Assembly (NCBI GenBank): GCA_951406725.2
Contig: OX597816.1
Coordinates: 40,796,001 to 40,860,000, forward strand
Origin: Octopus vulgaris
Taxonomy: Eukaryota
Reading direction: 5' to 3'
Length of the DNA stretch: 64,000 nt
Both the position numbers and the translations under genes were made by a program. The first letter of the stretch is position 1. Every line of letters begins with the position of its first letter. Shown piece by piece: positions 30,887-43,384 of this stretch. A model generated the notes under the pieces. The model did no database searches. It saw only the letters and a list, made by a program, of their open reading frames with translations, and was not told the DNA's origin.

Positions 30887-31045
30887 GAGTGGCTGTGTGG
30901 TAAGTTGCTTGCTAACCAACCACATGGTTCCGGGTTCAGTCCCACTGTGTGGCATCTTGGGCAAGTGTCTTCTGCTATAGCTCCGGGCCGACCAATGCCT
31001 TGTGAGTGGATTTTGTAGACGGAAACTAAAAGAAGCAGGTCGTAT
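30881..31045 (+). mobile_element. tRNA-type SINE family B, 5' half
   Basis: CAGGAGTGGCTGTGTGGTAAG ... GGGTTCAGTCCC ... GGGCAAGTGTCTTCT; matches 52547-52710. Confidence 0.88.
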
Positions 31046-31787
31046 ATATGTACATATATATATATATATATATAAATATGTGTATGTGTGTGTGTGTTTA
31101 TTCTTGTGCATAAATGTGATTGTGTAGTAGTTATAAAGAGACTGCGTATGAAATGAGTTTATACCTTTCATAAATACACTAGTTTTTATTTCCGTTAATT
31201 TTGTTATGTCCTACATCGTTATTCTGCAATTAAAACATTCGGACATACAGTATGTGTAGATGTAATACTAACATCATAATGCTAACGAAACATAGTTTTT
31301 CATTGCCACAACTCTATTACACGAATACTGATTATGCAAAAAGAACGAAAATAATATCCAATTTCCACTCGTTTTGGTTGTATTTTGCAAAACCAGCAAT
31401 GCTTTGCAGTTTGAGGTTATTTATTATATTCTCTGTCACTTCTTCAATATCACTATCGGGCGATATTTCCAGCGAAATGCAAAATAATATCAAGTTATGG
31501 CTATCATTTTAAGTCTTGTGTAATCTTAAGGTAAATGTAACTAAGAATATTCTATTTAGAAAAAAATAATTTCGAGACCGATGATGAAGTTCTTATCCCT
31601 GAAATAATAATTTAGATTTTTGCATCCCATTTGCAGTTTCCATACTGAAAGAGTATTGCTTTCAGCATACGTTTTTTTTTTTTACAAGAAGGTGAGTTTA
31701 AATCCATATTGGATGCGGGCGTGATAATATGCTATAGAAGGCTGCTCCGCAACCAATTAGAATTTGCTGATACACGCGCACGCACGC

Positions 31788-31864
<77 letters not shown>

Positions 31865-31889
31865 CATACATATATATATATATGTATAT

Positions 31890-32184
31890 GTATCTATGTG
31901 TTGGCTAAAGCATTTTTTTGAATTTTATCTATTGTCGGGCCATTCGTTTACGCAAACCATTTTTTTTGGCCTATGTACTGCTCTTGACACCCGGAGCAGG
32001 TTAGTAGTATATAGGTTCTCCGAAGCACATGAGTTCTTTTCATAAACCGTTGTCCCTGTTTGAAGAACCAGAACCCTCGATTAGATAGTCGATATATTGG
32101 GCTCACATTTTTTACGTCGGCTTCGTGTTGAAGAGTGAATTCGGCTTTTGGAGACTTTCATGGATCAGGCTGTCTTTTGCTTTT
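31890..32184 (-). mobile_element. Deletion-riddled fragment of the Neptune PLE linker/EN region
   Basis: Collinear with 15883-16240 but with many 1-4 nt deletions; flanked by TA repeats. Confidence 0.85.
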
Positions 32185-32190
32185 ATGATC

Positions 32191-32249
<59 letters not shown>

Positions 32250-32334
32250 TACATATATATACATGTGCGTGCGTGTGTGTGTGTTTTTGTGTGCGCGTGT
32301 GTGTGTGCGTGTGTGTGTGTCCGCGTGTTTGTGT

Positions 32335-32745
32335 TAGAGGATACAATCAGTAAATCCTAATTGGTTGCGAAGCAACCTTCTATAGCATATTATCACGCCC
32401 GCATCAAATATGGGTTTAAACTCACCTTCTTGTAAAAAGAAAACGTATGCTGAAACCATGTTTTGTATACAGTCGCTGTTTTCTTGTTTTTGTATATATT
32501 CGCTGCTTTCTTCTAAGGAATCTCATACTCTTAGCTTAGTTTTTCCTTGGTGCTGGCCAGATTGGAGCAATCTCAAGAATAATCAACCGAAATTGCGAAG
32601 ATAATCTGGTGCTTGACTGGAGAGAGAGGGCTTCGAATGACCCGTCCTTGTTTTCTTTGTATCATCTATCTAGATGTTTTGTTGTACCTTTTTGTATCAC
32701 CTAGCTGTCCGGATGTTTTGCGTTCTTGTCCAATTTTGCATTATA
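32335..32745 (+). mobile_element. Short interspersed repeat ending in (TA)n, probable retroelement 3' end
   Basis: Shares GGCTTCGAATGACCCGTCC and GTTTTGCGTTCTTGTCC with 37418-37545 (inverted). Confidence 0.6.
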
Positions 32746-32924
32746 TATATATAATTGAAATAATATACATAGATGGGTACATACGTAGATATATGTGTGA
32801 GCATGTGTGGAATGCGGGTAACTGTTTTAATAAATCAAAGTTTTTTCATTGTTTTTATAGAAATTTTGTAACGTAATATGACGATTTTGTGTATCTTTTA
32901 TGTAGGAGATATTTGATAATATTG

Positions 32925-33050
32925 ATTTCAAATTTTGACACTAGGACTGCAAACATATGGGAGGGGGGAATATGTCGACTACATCGACCCCGTTTTCAAC
33001 TGGTACTTATTTTATCGACTCCGAAAGGATGAAAGGCAAATTCCGCCTCT
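32925..33050 (-). mobile_element. SINE family C fragment
   Basis: ACATCGACCCC..CTGGTACTTATTTTATCGACTCCGAAAGGATGAAAGGCAAA. Confidence 0.75.
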
Positions 33051-34344
33051 GAGGAAACGGTGATGCTTGATGATATTGACGCCAAGAAGTCTTGGTATCC
33101 ATGAGTAATACGATTCCGTTATTCCATATGTATTTTGAATATTGGTTTGTTATTGCTTGACATTCAAAATATTTCGAGATTTATTTTATCTATCTGTAAA
33201 CCTTCAATTTTTCATAGACGCTGGAGTCCAAGGTCTCCATCTAAATTACAAAGACATCTATTATAAGCACATTTATTCTGTGAAGGTTCTCTGACTGCCT
33301 TACTTTATATACTTGTATAATAAAGGAATTTCTTCATTTTAGATGTTTGCATGTGACAAGAGAAGTTATACACTGAACAGATTATTATATTTGCTAATTA
33401 CATTTTCTAGCGTGTTACGCTAATTGTGTTGTATAGCTGATGCTGCTAATTACTTCACTTCACACATTATTTCGGTGCCTTTCACCAATTTTAGATTCAA
33501 ATGTTTATGACTTATTAGTATTCTTGTTATTCATTTATTTTCCTTATTTCCTCTTAGTTTAATATTTTAGTTCTAGTTCTTCATTGGTGTATTTTGGCGC
33601 ATTTAGTTTGTTATATCTTAATATTTTAGAAATATTTTGTTCCATAAAGCTGTTTCTTACGTTCATTGTGGAATATTTTAAAAACATCTTTTATATTTGT
33701 TGCGTTTATAAACTGTAGTGTCTATTTTGGTTTTTGTTGATAATGAAGTTTGAGGGCGCTTTTGAAAATTTCTTTCTCGTAGTTTAGTCTTCCCTCAACA
33801 AGCAGACTAAACTGAAGGATTCTCATGCCATTTCAGCTTTTTAGTAGGTCAGGTGGTGGTTGTTTTCTTAATGGAATGGGACAATATATCTAAAAAAAAA
33901 CGTTAATATTTACAATTAAATATTATACTTTCGTAGAATTTTGTTTAAAGGAATGTGTGCCAAGATAATGGAGATATAAATATGAACTATGACAGGTCAG
34001 TGGCATGTATTACAGATGTAATTATAGTTATTAATAATTGAATAATGTAATTAAAGATAGGAGAACTTTAGGATTCTATGAACTTTAGGATGCTATGCAA
34101 AACGGAAGATTAACACAATTGAATAATTAGGAAGGGATACATTAACTCAATTCGACGCACAGTGACTAAACTTAGAACGTTTGTTACAGAAGATTATGAA
34201 CGTATGTAATTAGGTGTCCAGTTTAAGTTGTGAGAATGAAATAATTTGAGCACAATAACTATATTCGAAGTTGGCCAATACAACGATTTTACTGTTACCA
34301 AAGTAACTGTAAACTATGGAACATCTACTGATACACACAGACAA

Positions 34345-34385
<41 letters not shown>

Positions 34386-34614
34386 TATGCATGTATGTTA
34401 TAATAATAGCATCTGTATTAACTGCACTAGTAGAAACAGCAGCATCAACAGCAGTAGTAGTGATAGTAGTAGTAGTAGTAGTAGTTTTGTTGTTGTTCAA
34501 GCAATAGTTGTAGAATTTCTGGTGTAAATAATGGAAGCTGAAACTGTAAAGCCGTGCTTTGTCCCTTTCCTTCATTTTGTGACTGAGGTGGAGCAAGTGA
34601 ATCTACCGGCAGTT

Positions 34615-34940
34615 GAGGCTATTTCTGTACACATCGCAGTCCAAGAATTTTGTCGGTAAAAGTTGTCAATAAATATAAAATTACTAAACGCTAGAATGAA
34701 TTTATTCTTTTGTATAATTAATTCGTTTTCAATGCGTTGTCTTAGTTTAACTGCATGATTATCTACGTGGAATTAATTTGTTTCATTTCCAAAGTCATGA
34801 GGAATGTATATGCATAGATTCACAGCCTCAAAAAATTGAATCAGAGCTTATACATAAAATGATGTTGGAGCGTGATTTTACATTGCGAAGTTGTCCCTTA
34901 TATAAATTCTAACGTGTTTGACGAATGGCTTTAAAAATAA
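34615..34940 (-). mobile_element. Old diverged PLE RT fragment
   Basis: Collinear with 16915-17235 (CATCGCAGTCC..TTTTGTCGGTA.AAGTTGTCA; GTCCCTTATATA). Confidence 0.65.
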
Positions 34941-35009
34941 GTATATGCATCTGATCTCTTTTCATGCGTCACTTATTTTTTTCATTTTGGGGCAGTTTTG
35001 GTATTTCTT

Positions 35010-35194
35010 TTATTCTTTTGTTTGTTTCAGTCATTCGACTACAGCCATGCTGGAGTATCGCCTTTAGTCGAGCAAATCGACTCCAGGACATATTCTTTGT
35101 AAGCCTAGTACTTATTCTGTCTAGGTTACGGGGACATAAACACACCAGCATCGGTTGTCAAGCGACGTTAGGGCGACAAACACAGACACACGAT

Positions 35195-35247
<53 letters not shown>

Positions 35248-35409
35248 CGAAGGGCTTCTTTTAGCTTCCGTCTACCAAATCCACTCACAAGGCTTTGGTC
35301 GGCCAGAGGCTATAGTAGTCATTTGCCCAAAGTGTCATGTAGTGGGACTGAACCCGGGACCATGTGGCTAGTAAGCAAGCTACTTACCATTCAGCCACTT
35401 CTGTGCCTA
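35010..35409 (-). mobile_element. Full-length SINE family B
   Basis: Head at 35409, internal CA/TA microsatellite, LINE-like tail at 35010-35062. Confidence 0.88.
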
Positions 35410-35424
35410 TATATTTTGGAAGGA

Positions 35425-35596
35425 GGCCAGTCAATTAGATCGACATCAATACGCAACTGGTACTTAATTTATCGAACCGCAAAAGATGAAAGGCAAAGTC
35501 GACCACGGCGGAATTTGAACTCAGAACATTAAGACAGACGAAATACCACTAAGCTTTTCGCCCGGCGTGCTAACGTTTCTGCCAGCTTGCCGCCTT
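35425..35596 (-). mobile_element. SINE family C
   Basis: Close match to 27775-27942. Confidence 0.88.
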
Positions 35597-36020
35597 TCTG
35601 ATTTTAAAATATTGTACAGTTTTTAATTAATTTTGTTGATTGTAGGTTTAGGAATGTTGATAAGTGTCTTTAAGCATAAAGAACATTTTTTTTGTAGGAT
35701 ATTGTATACATCAAGACTACTATATACCAATCAATTTTGATAATATTTCTCATAATTTCTTTTTCATTTCTTCATGCTTTCTCATTCACTCCTGAAGTTT
35801 GATTGGGGTTTTAATTATATATGGTTCAGACAGATAATCTAAAATGTATTCACAGATACCAGCAAGCGTTTTGTACCTACTATTTTGATGCGGTATAGTT
35901 GTTGTGTTTTCTTCCCATCAATCTGTCAACGTTATCCGTGTCGCATAGCTATTCACTGAATCGTAGCTTTGAACTGAATTCTGGAATGCCGTCTTCCATT
36001 TCATTGCACTCACACAAACA

Positions 36021-36081
<61 letters not shown>

Positions 36082-36160
36082 TCCGATATACATATATGTA
36101 TGTGTATATATATATAAATATATGTACATACATGCATACATACATATATACACATATATT

Positions 36161-36332
36161 AATAATATCCAGGTAATAAAGATTTTAGAAATTTTTACTA
36201 CCAGTGGCCTAGCTTATAGAAAAAATTAGTCAATAGACTTTATATTATTCATATGAATAATATATAGTCTATTGATTAATTTTTTTCTATACTATTAAAA
36301 ATTTCTAAAATCATTATTACCCTGATATTATT
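36161..36332. repeat. About 170-bp fold-back palindrome centred on TTCATATGAA
   Basis: Arms are reverse-complementary apart from about 15 nt; the left arm resembles 14085-14145. Confidence 0.85.
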
Positions 36333-36775
36333 GATTATGAATAATGATTTCTTCAAAATTCTTTCGAAGAAATTACCTGCATTTTTTGCTGCTGACAAAA
36401 AACTGCACTTACGCGGTGAATTTGAAGAATTAAAATTTATAAGGAAGAGGCACATGCTGAATTGGCCTCGTGTTTATATGTTTAATGCTGGCTTACCTGT
36501 TGACGAAGACTTCGTCTGTCAAATTATTTTATTTGCTGAAAAAAGTCAGAAACCATGTCCCAGGTTTTAGATGGTAAATATTTTTATTTTTCATTCCCTT
36601 CGAGAATATATCCCTAAGTAGTGGTTTGGAATTTAGCTGTCCCTTCTAGCGTAAGGAAGTCCTATGATGGATACCTCATAAGGTGGTTAAACGTACACTG
36701 TATTCTATACACACACGCATATGCATATATATATACATACACATATACATACATAAATACATACATATATGTATG

Positions 36776-36812
<37 letters not shown>

Positions 36813-36814
36813 GT

Positions 36815-37084
36815 ATATTGGTAAAAACGGTAAGATAACAAAAGAAAGGAAGAGACCCCAATATTATGTGTACGTATGAACAGGCATACTTACGTGTTTA
36901 CTATGAACATTTAACCTTATCTGTGTTATAGCGGACTATAACACAGTAATTTCTCTTTGTATAACGGTCTTTTTTCATAGCGTTTTTCAGATAACCGAAG
37001 AGATGGTGGTGTGGATTTCCACCTCGGCATCCGAAACTCAGAGTTTTATCTTGACTACCGAATAATTGTCACATATTATTTTAC

Positions 37085-37088
<4 letters not shown>
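36815..37088 (+). mobile_element. PLE-like 3' remnant with degenerate hammerhead (36990-37050) and an inverted tail piece at its 5' end
   Basis: GATAA CCGAAGA GATG...CATCC GAAA CTCAGAG TT TTATC; 36815-36868 is the reverse complement of the tail at 30743-30797. Confidence 0.6.
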
Positions 37089-37122
<34 letters not shown>

Positions 37123-37173
37123 TGAGTTTAGAGAAATGCGTACTTACATATAAGAGAAAGGGGACGTACGTCG

Positions 37174-37297
<124 letters not shown>

Positions 37298-37333
37298 GTA
37301 TATATATATATATTATATATATATATATATATG

Positions 37334-37409
<76 letters not shown>

Positions 37410-37815
37410 TTATATATAATACAAAAATGGGACAAGAACGCAAAACATTCAGAAGACAATTCAAATAACACGGACGGGTCATTCGAAGCCTTCAATCTTC
37501 AGTTAAAAACCGGATCATCCTCGCAGTTTCGGCTGGACCGTATATTTACGCTATTATTGATGACGTAAAATTTCAGATGGAATTAAATGGAATTTCATAT
37601 AATTCATTTTATTAATCTTCAGTATTGTTAACAAACATATGCTTAAATACTTGATATGTTTAGCTATCTTCTCTTTCACACTTTATAACGTTCTCTCCAT
37701 TCACTCGTTTTTATCTATCATTCTGTAATACTTATACCTTAACTACTATAACACCATCAATGCAGTATTCAGTATCATATTTGCACAATCATAAATATGT
37801 TGAATGTGTTTATAT

Positions 37816-37888
<73 letters not shown>

Positions 37889-37960
37889 AAATATTAGGGA
37901 GTAAATCCAAACTTACAGGGAAAAATTAGATTTAGGATTAAATCCAATTTTACAGTATAA

Positions 37961-38261
37961 ATATAAATATAAATTAAATTAGAGATAAAACCACTATTAG
38001 GCAAATCAAACAGTGAAAAACATAAACCCAAACATTGAAATAAAATTATTTAATATAATATACAAAATATATAAAAAATAAAATTCAAAATTTAAATTAT
38101 TTAAATAACTTTAAATTTAAATAATTTAAATTTTGAATTCTGTTTCTTTATATATTTTGTATATTATATTAATTAGTTTTATTTCTATATTTTGGTTTAT
38201 GTTTTTCACTGTTTGATTCGCCTAATAGTGGTTTTATCTCTAATTTAATTTATATTTATAT
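37961..38261. repeat. About 300-bp fold-back palindrome within a TA-flanked insert (37889-38265)
   Basis: Arms of about 145 bp, e.g. AGAGATAAAACCACTATTAGGC versus GCCTAATAGTGGTTTTATCTCT. Confidence 0.9.
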
Positions 38262-38264
38262 ATA

Positions 38265-38320
<56 letters not shown>

Positions 38321-39209
38321 TGTGGTATTAATGGTTTTTTTAAAGAACGCTTGCGTTCAAGAAAAAACACTTAAGCTAAAACACTAATTTGTCGTAGGTA
38401 GGCCTGCACGTAGAAATGTGACTACCTTTTGAAATTCTCTCCGTTTAAATACCCAGACGATTGGTTTAGAATATGAAAATTTGAATTGAATTTTATTTCT
38501 GTAATTGAATCGATTAGGTGTGGAAACAGCCGTAGGCAAGAATTTCTCTGTGTGAATTTGAATGTCTTTAAGTAAATAACAACTGTAAGTCGATTTTATC
38601 CATTTTCTTCATTTTCATCATTTTCTTCATTTTCTCATTCACACACACACACATATGTATATATATGTATGTAGGGAGGCATGTATATGTTTTTATGTGT
38701 GTGTGTGTGTATGTGTGTGTGTGTGTACATAAAATACAAACTTCAGGTCTTACTAGACGTTATTTTCCACAATTGGACTGAAAAGAATCGGTTTCTGCTG
38801 TCACTAAATGCGTGTTTTTCAAAGCAAAATTGCAGTACAACAGCATTATATACTGTTAATCAGTTCTTTTCCAGCTTTTAATGAGCATACATTTTCACAC
38901 CATGTTGCCTGTTTGTGTGTTTGTCATTCTATTTATTTATCTATCTGCTTATCTATCTATCTATCAATCGATCAATCTCTGTACGGCCACACACTTAGTG
39001 TGTTTGTTCTGTGGCTCTCTCTCCCTCTCTGATGAACGTACTTGTTACGTACGTGAAACTATTAGTAGTGCTTGAAATACATGTAGGGTGAAACACATAC
39101 ATTAATATCGAACTCTCATTAGATAGAGCTTTCTTCTTGTTGACCTTTCCATGCAGGTCAGTTTATATCTATTCATCTATCTATCTATCTATGTATGTAT
39201 GTATGTATG

Positions 39210-39268
<59 letters not shown>

Positions 39269-39293
39269 GTATATATATATATATATATATATA

Positions 39294-39396
<103 letters not shown>

Positions 39397-39402
39397 TATA
39401 CA

Positions 39403-39846
39403 CACCTGTCTAAAAATCGGAACCTTCACTACTATCAAAAAAAGAATACAGGACCTAACCCTAACTCTGTAAGCAGCCAGCGATACAATATCAGGAATAC
39501 CCCCACTTCAAGCAGAGAAAGGATAAATCAACACCCACAGCATAGACACTGCAACCTCATCCCCACCCAAAGGAGTTACCAACGAAATCTTCGTCCCATT
39601 AACCGGTTAAACAACCATGCACAACAAACCCACACCACTTGCAATGATTACCAACGAAGGCCTCCTAGAACACCACACCCGAATATGGGATATCGGGACG
39701 CTCTCCTCAATACTGCTCCAAGAACACACACCATAAATCACAACAGGAGACCCCTAATCAACAAAGAACAACTATATACTAGCTACCGTCCCAACCACCG
39801 CATTCATTTTTTAGACCCAATACGCAAACACAGAGACACAAGATAG
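39403..39846 (+). CDS. 5'-truncated upstream reading frame (putative ORF1 C-terminus; P/N/H/R/T-rich)
   Basis: Manual translation gives 147 sense codons ([14 protein letters not shown]...[16 protein letters not shown]) overlapping the RT frame in -1 phase. Confidence 0.55.
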   Translation, partial: HLSKNRNLHYYQKKNTGPNPNSVSSQRYNIRNTPTSSRERINQHPQHRHCNLIPTQRSYQRNLRPINRLNNHAQQTHTTCNDYQRRPPRTPHPNMGYRDALLNTAPRTHTINHNRRPLINKEQLYTSYRPNHRIHFLDPIRKHRDTR

Positions 39847-42136
39847 CACCAAACAAGCAGGAGGAACCAAAAGTAATAAAAATTATTAATCTAACTCACA
39901 AGGAACTAACAGCAAACCAAATAAACATACTTTCCAAAGGACTCAAGTTTACACCCACCCCACAACACCCCAACTACAATGAAATGAAAGAAGACATCGC
40001 AGAATTCTGCAGAAAATTAAGACTTACTGAGGAGCTATACGATAAATACAACGAGGACGAATCGTTAGCCAGAAATAGGAGTAACTACACCCCCTCGAAA
40101 GGTAAGAATAAAACACTTGATGATTTCTGTGACCACATATCAAATTACCCATATCAACATATGCACAAACAAAAACACAAACCAAACTTCAGCAAAAAAG
40201 AATGGGCTGAGTTGAACAAATTAAAACTAGATAAAACAATAACAATCAAAGAGGCCGATAAAGGGAGTGCTGTTGTCTTAATGGATACGACATTTTACAT
40301 AACTTTGGTACTTTCTATGCTGGAAGACACAACATACTATGAAAAGGCACAAAACTACAGTCAACAAAAAATAATGAGGGAACTAAAATCCATATTAAAC
40401 CCATACAAAGCAGGGCTCACCGACAAAGAATATGATTATATGACCAATTTCACAAGTAAAACTAGCCAATTCTACGGTATACCTAAGATCCACAAAAGTG
40501 AAAAAATAAGCAACGCATGCAAGATAGCTACAGACAAAATAATTAAAGTCCCTAATCCTAATGACCTCAAATTGAGACCCATAATAGCAGGTCCCGCATG
40601 CGAAACCCACCGCCTCAGTAACTTTTTAGACACCCTGTTAAAACCACTCCTCAAACATGTCAAAAGCTATATAAGGGACGACTTAGATATGCTCAATCAC
40701 CTACCGAATACTATAAACAAAAACACCATACTGGTATCCTTCGATGTAGTCAACCTCTACTCCAATATCCCCCACAACCTAGGACTAGAGGCAATCCAAT
40801 TCTGGCTAGAGAATCACGCCAACGAACTACCACACCGCATCAAAAAAAATTTGTGATAGAAGGGGTTAAATTCATCCTGGAAAATAACTTCTTCGCCTTC
40901 AATGACAACTTCTACCGACAAAAATCGGGGACTGCGATGGGTACACGAATGGCCCCCTCCTTTGCCAACCTAGTCATAGGATACCTAGAGATCAGTCTGT
41001 ATCGTAAGGTTCTAGAAAGATATGGCAGCCCTTTCTCCATCTACATAGAAAACAACTGGAAGAGATATCTAGATGACTGTTTCATCCTTTGGCATAAAAA
41101 TATAGAAAAACTCATAGAATTCCAGAAAATTTTAAACGGACTGGACGTAAACATCCAATTCACGATGGAATATAGCCAACAACAACTCCCCTTCCTCGAT
41201 ATCCTCATTAAGAAAGCTAATAATATAATAGAAACAGACATATACTATAAGCCTACAGACTCTAAGCAATATCTTCCATTCAATTCATGCCACCCCAGAC
41301 ACACCAGGATGAATATCCCCTTCAATCTAGCAAAAAGGATATGCACTATAGTCTCTAACGCAAACACCAGAGACACACGACTACAAGAACTAAAAGATAC
41401 CCTAATCACCAGGAACTATCCACCTTCACTTATTGACAAGTGCATTCAACGTGCCCTTCAACTTAACATCAAGGAACTGAGACATCCCAAATCCAAGAAA
41501 ACTTACAACCAAAAGCCTTACCATACATCTCCACACACAACCCTCTCAATAACGAAGCCTTCGACACCATCCTCCACAACATACCCCTCCTAAAAAAAGA
41601 CCACAGAATGAACACAATCCTCCAAACACACACGATCATAAAAAGCAAAAGACAGCCTAGATCCATGAAAAGTCTCCTTACACAAGCCCGAATTCACTCT
41701 TCAACACAGAAGCCGACAGTAAAAAAATGTGGAAGACCCAATTGCGGGATATGCGACTATCTTATTGAGGGATCAGAGTTCTCCTTCAAACAGGGACAAC
41801 GGTTTACAGTGAAAAGCAACTTCACATGTGCTTCGGAAAACCTAATATACTCACTAACCTGCTCCGGGTGTCAAGAGCAGTACATAGGCCAAACAAAAAA
41901 TGGTTTGCGTAAACGAATGGCCCTGCACAGATCCCAGATAAAAATTCCCCAAAACAGAAAAATAGCTTTTAGCCAACACATAGATACTTGCGCCAACAAA
42001 AAAAACACCAAACTTCAGAATTTTCCCCCTCTACCAATTTAGGGACGATACAACCTCATGACAACGAAAAAGTAAAGAAAATCTCTTTATTACAAAATAC
42101 AAGCCACTTCTTAACGGGTCTACGACAAACAATTAA
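39807..42136 (+). pseudogene. PLE RT-GIY-YIG polyprotein (about 775 aa when repaired)
   Basis: ORF pieces 39984-40856, 40853-41593 and 41608-42042. Indels near 40845, 41500 and 42000, and a TGA near 42059; copy 1 is intact at all of these positions. Confidence 0.9.
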
Positions 42137-42851
42137 TATACCTCAACTTTAGAATAAAAGAAAAATATATATACACACACAAATATTACACTCCATAGAA
42201 TCCATTACTAATCAGCCCCTTCATAGCTATATTTACACCCATTCATATTCTCCCTTCTCTGTTTTTTTCTTCTTCTTCTTCTTCTTCCTCTTCTTTTTCA
42301 TCATCATCATTATCATCATCATCGTCGTCATCATCATCACCACCATCATCACCACCATCTTCTCCTTCTCCTCCTTCTTCTTCTTCTTCTTCATCATCAT
42401 CATTATCATCATCATCGTCGTCATAATCATCACCACCATCACCATCATCGTCATCTTCTCCTCCTTCTCCTTCTTCTTCTTCTTCTTCTTCTTCTACTTC
42501 TCCACCCCTACCCCTTAACTTTGTCACTAATGTTTTTTAGTATAACACCTACGCTAATTCTATAAACAAGCCTGTCAATATAAATATTCTCCTGAATTGA
42601 ACTGAGACTGCCAGCCGCCACTGACCATTCAAAATACGACCATCAGGGCACTCCCAGATTCTCCCACCCCCTTTCCTCACCAGCCCTCTTCCTCTACTAC
42701 CCTACCAAGAACTCACAACGACCTCGAACACACAAGTGCAAACAAGGGAGTCAGAGAAAGGCAGAATGCCACTTATATCTGAACACTACTATAGAAATAT
42801 TCCTTTAAAAAAACTTTTCTTCTAATTTTTCTAAATTTAATTATTTAATCG

Positions 42852-42894
42852 TTACAGTTGAAAAGGTCTCAAAATGACCGAAACCGGTACTGAA
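42852..42894 (+). ncRNA. Minimal type I hammerhead ribozyme, U3-A8 core variant
   Basis: CAG TTGAAAA GGTC-TCAAAAT-GACC GAAA CCGG TA CTG; palindromic stem III ACCGGT, GUA triplet, about 50 nt from the element end. Confidence 0.75.
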
Positions 42895-42941
42895 ATGTTC
42901 ACTATAAAATTATTTTAGCATTTTCTATTTTTGACTTGTTT

Positions 42942-42984
<43 letters not shown>

Positions 42985-43270
42985 CAATATATATGCACAT
43001 ATGTACATATACATGTATGCATATAAATCTATATAGCTATGCATATAATTATGAAGCATAAAGATTTGTTTCGTGTATTTGAAATTGTATGCACTGACGT
43101 AGTTACTTGAATATGGATTTCGCATATATTCTAGTCATGCAGATCTTGAATGCGCAAATTTATAAATTCTTCAACGTGTAGATTTAATGTGGTAGTTATA
43201 TAGACACGTAGATATAACCGTTTTTCCAAATAAATAAATAAGTATATATATATATATATAAATAAATAAG

Positions 43271-43304
<34 letters not shown>

Positions 43305-43353
43305 TATATATATATGTATGTGTGTGTGTTTCTGTGTGTGCGTGTGTGTATGT

Positions 43354-43384
<31 letters not shown>

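Larger units (their letters stand above)
39401..42946 (+). mobile_element. Neptune-type Penelope-like element, copy 2 (longer, still 5'-truncated)
   Basis: IINLT..LSKGLKFTPTP, EADKG, RT core, CGRPNCGIC, NLIYSLTCSGCQEQYIGQT (GIY-YIG); 3' UTR and hammerhead; (TA)n on both sides. Confidence 0.95.

Noticed and set aside
33080-33900. Possible very old PLE N-terminal remnant on the minus strand
   Set aside because: Only a short resemblance to the VLMDT region; not enough to support boundaries.
37480-37545. GAAA...CTGAAGA arrangement as a type II hammerhead
   Set aside because: Could not build stems I and III; the related copy near 32590-32625 has CTGGAGA.
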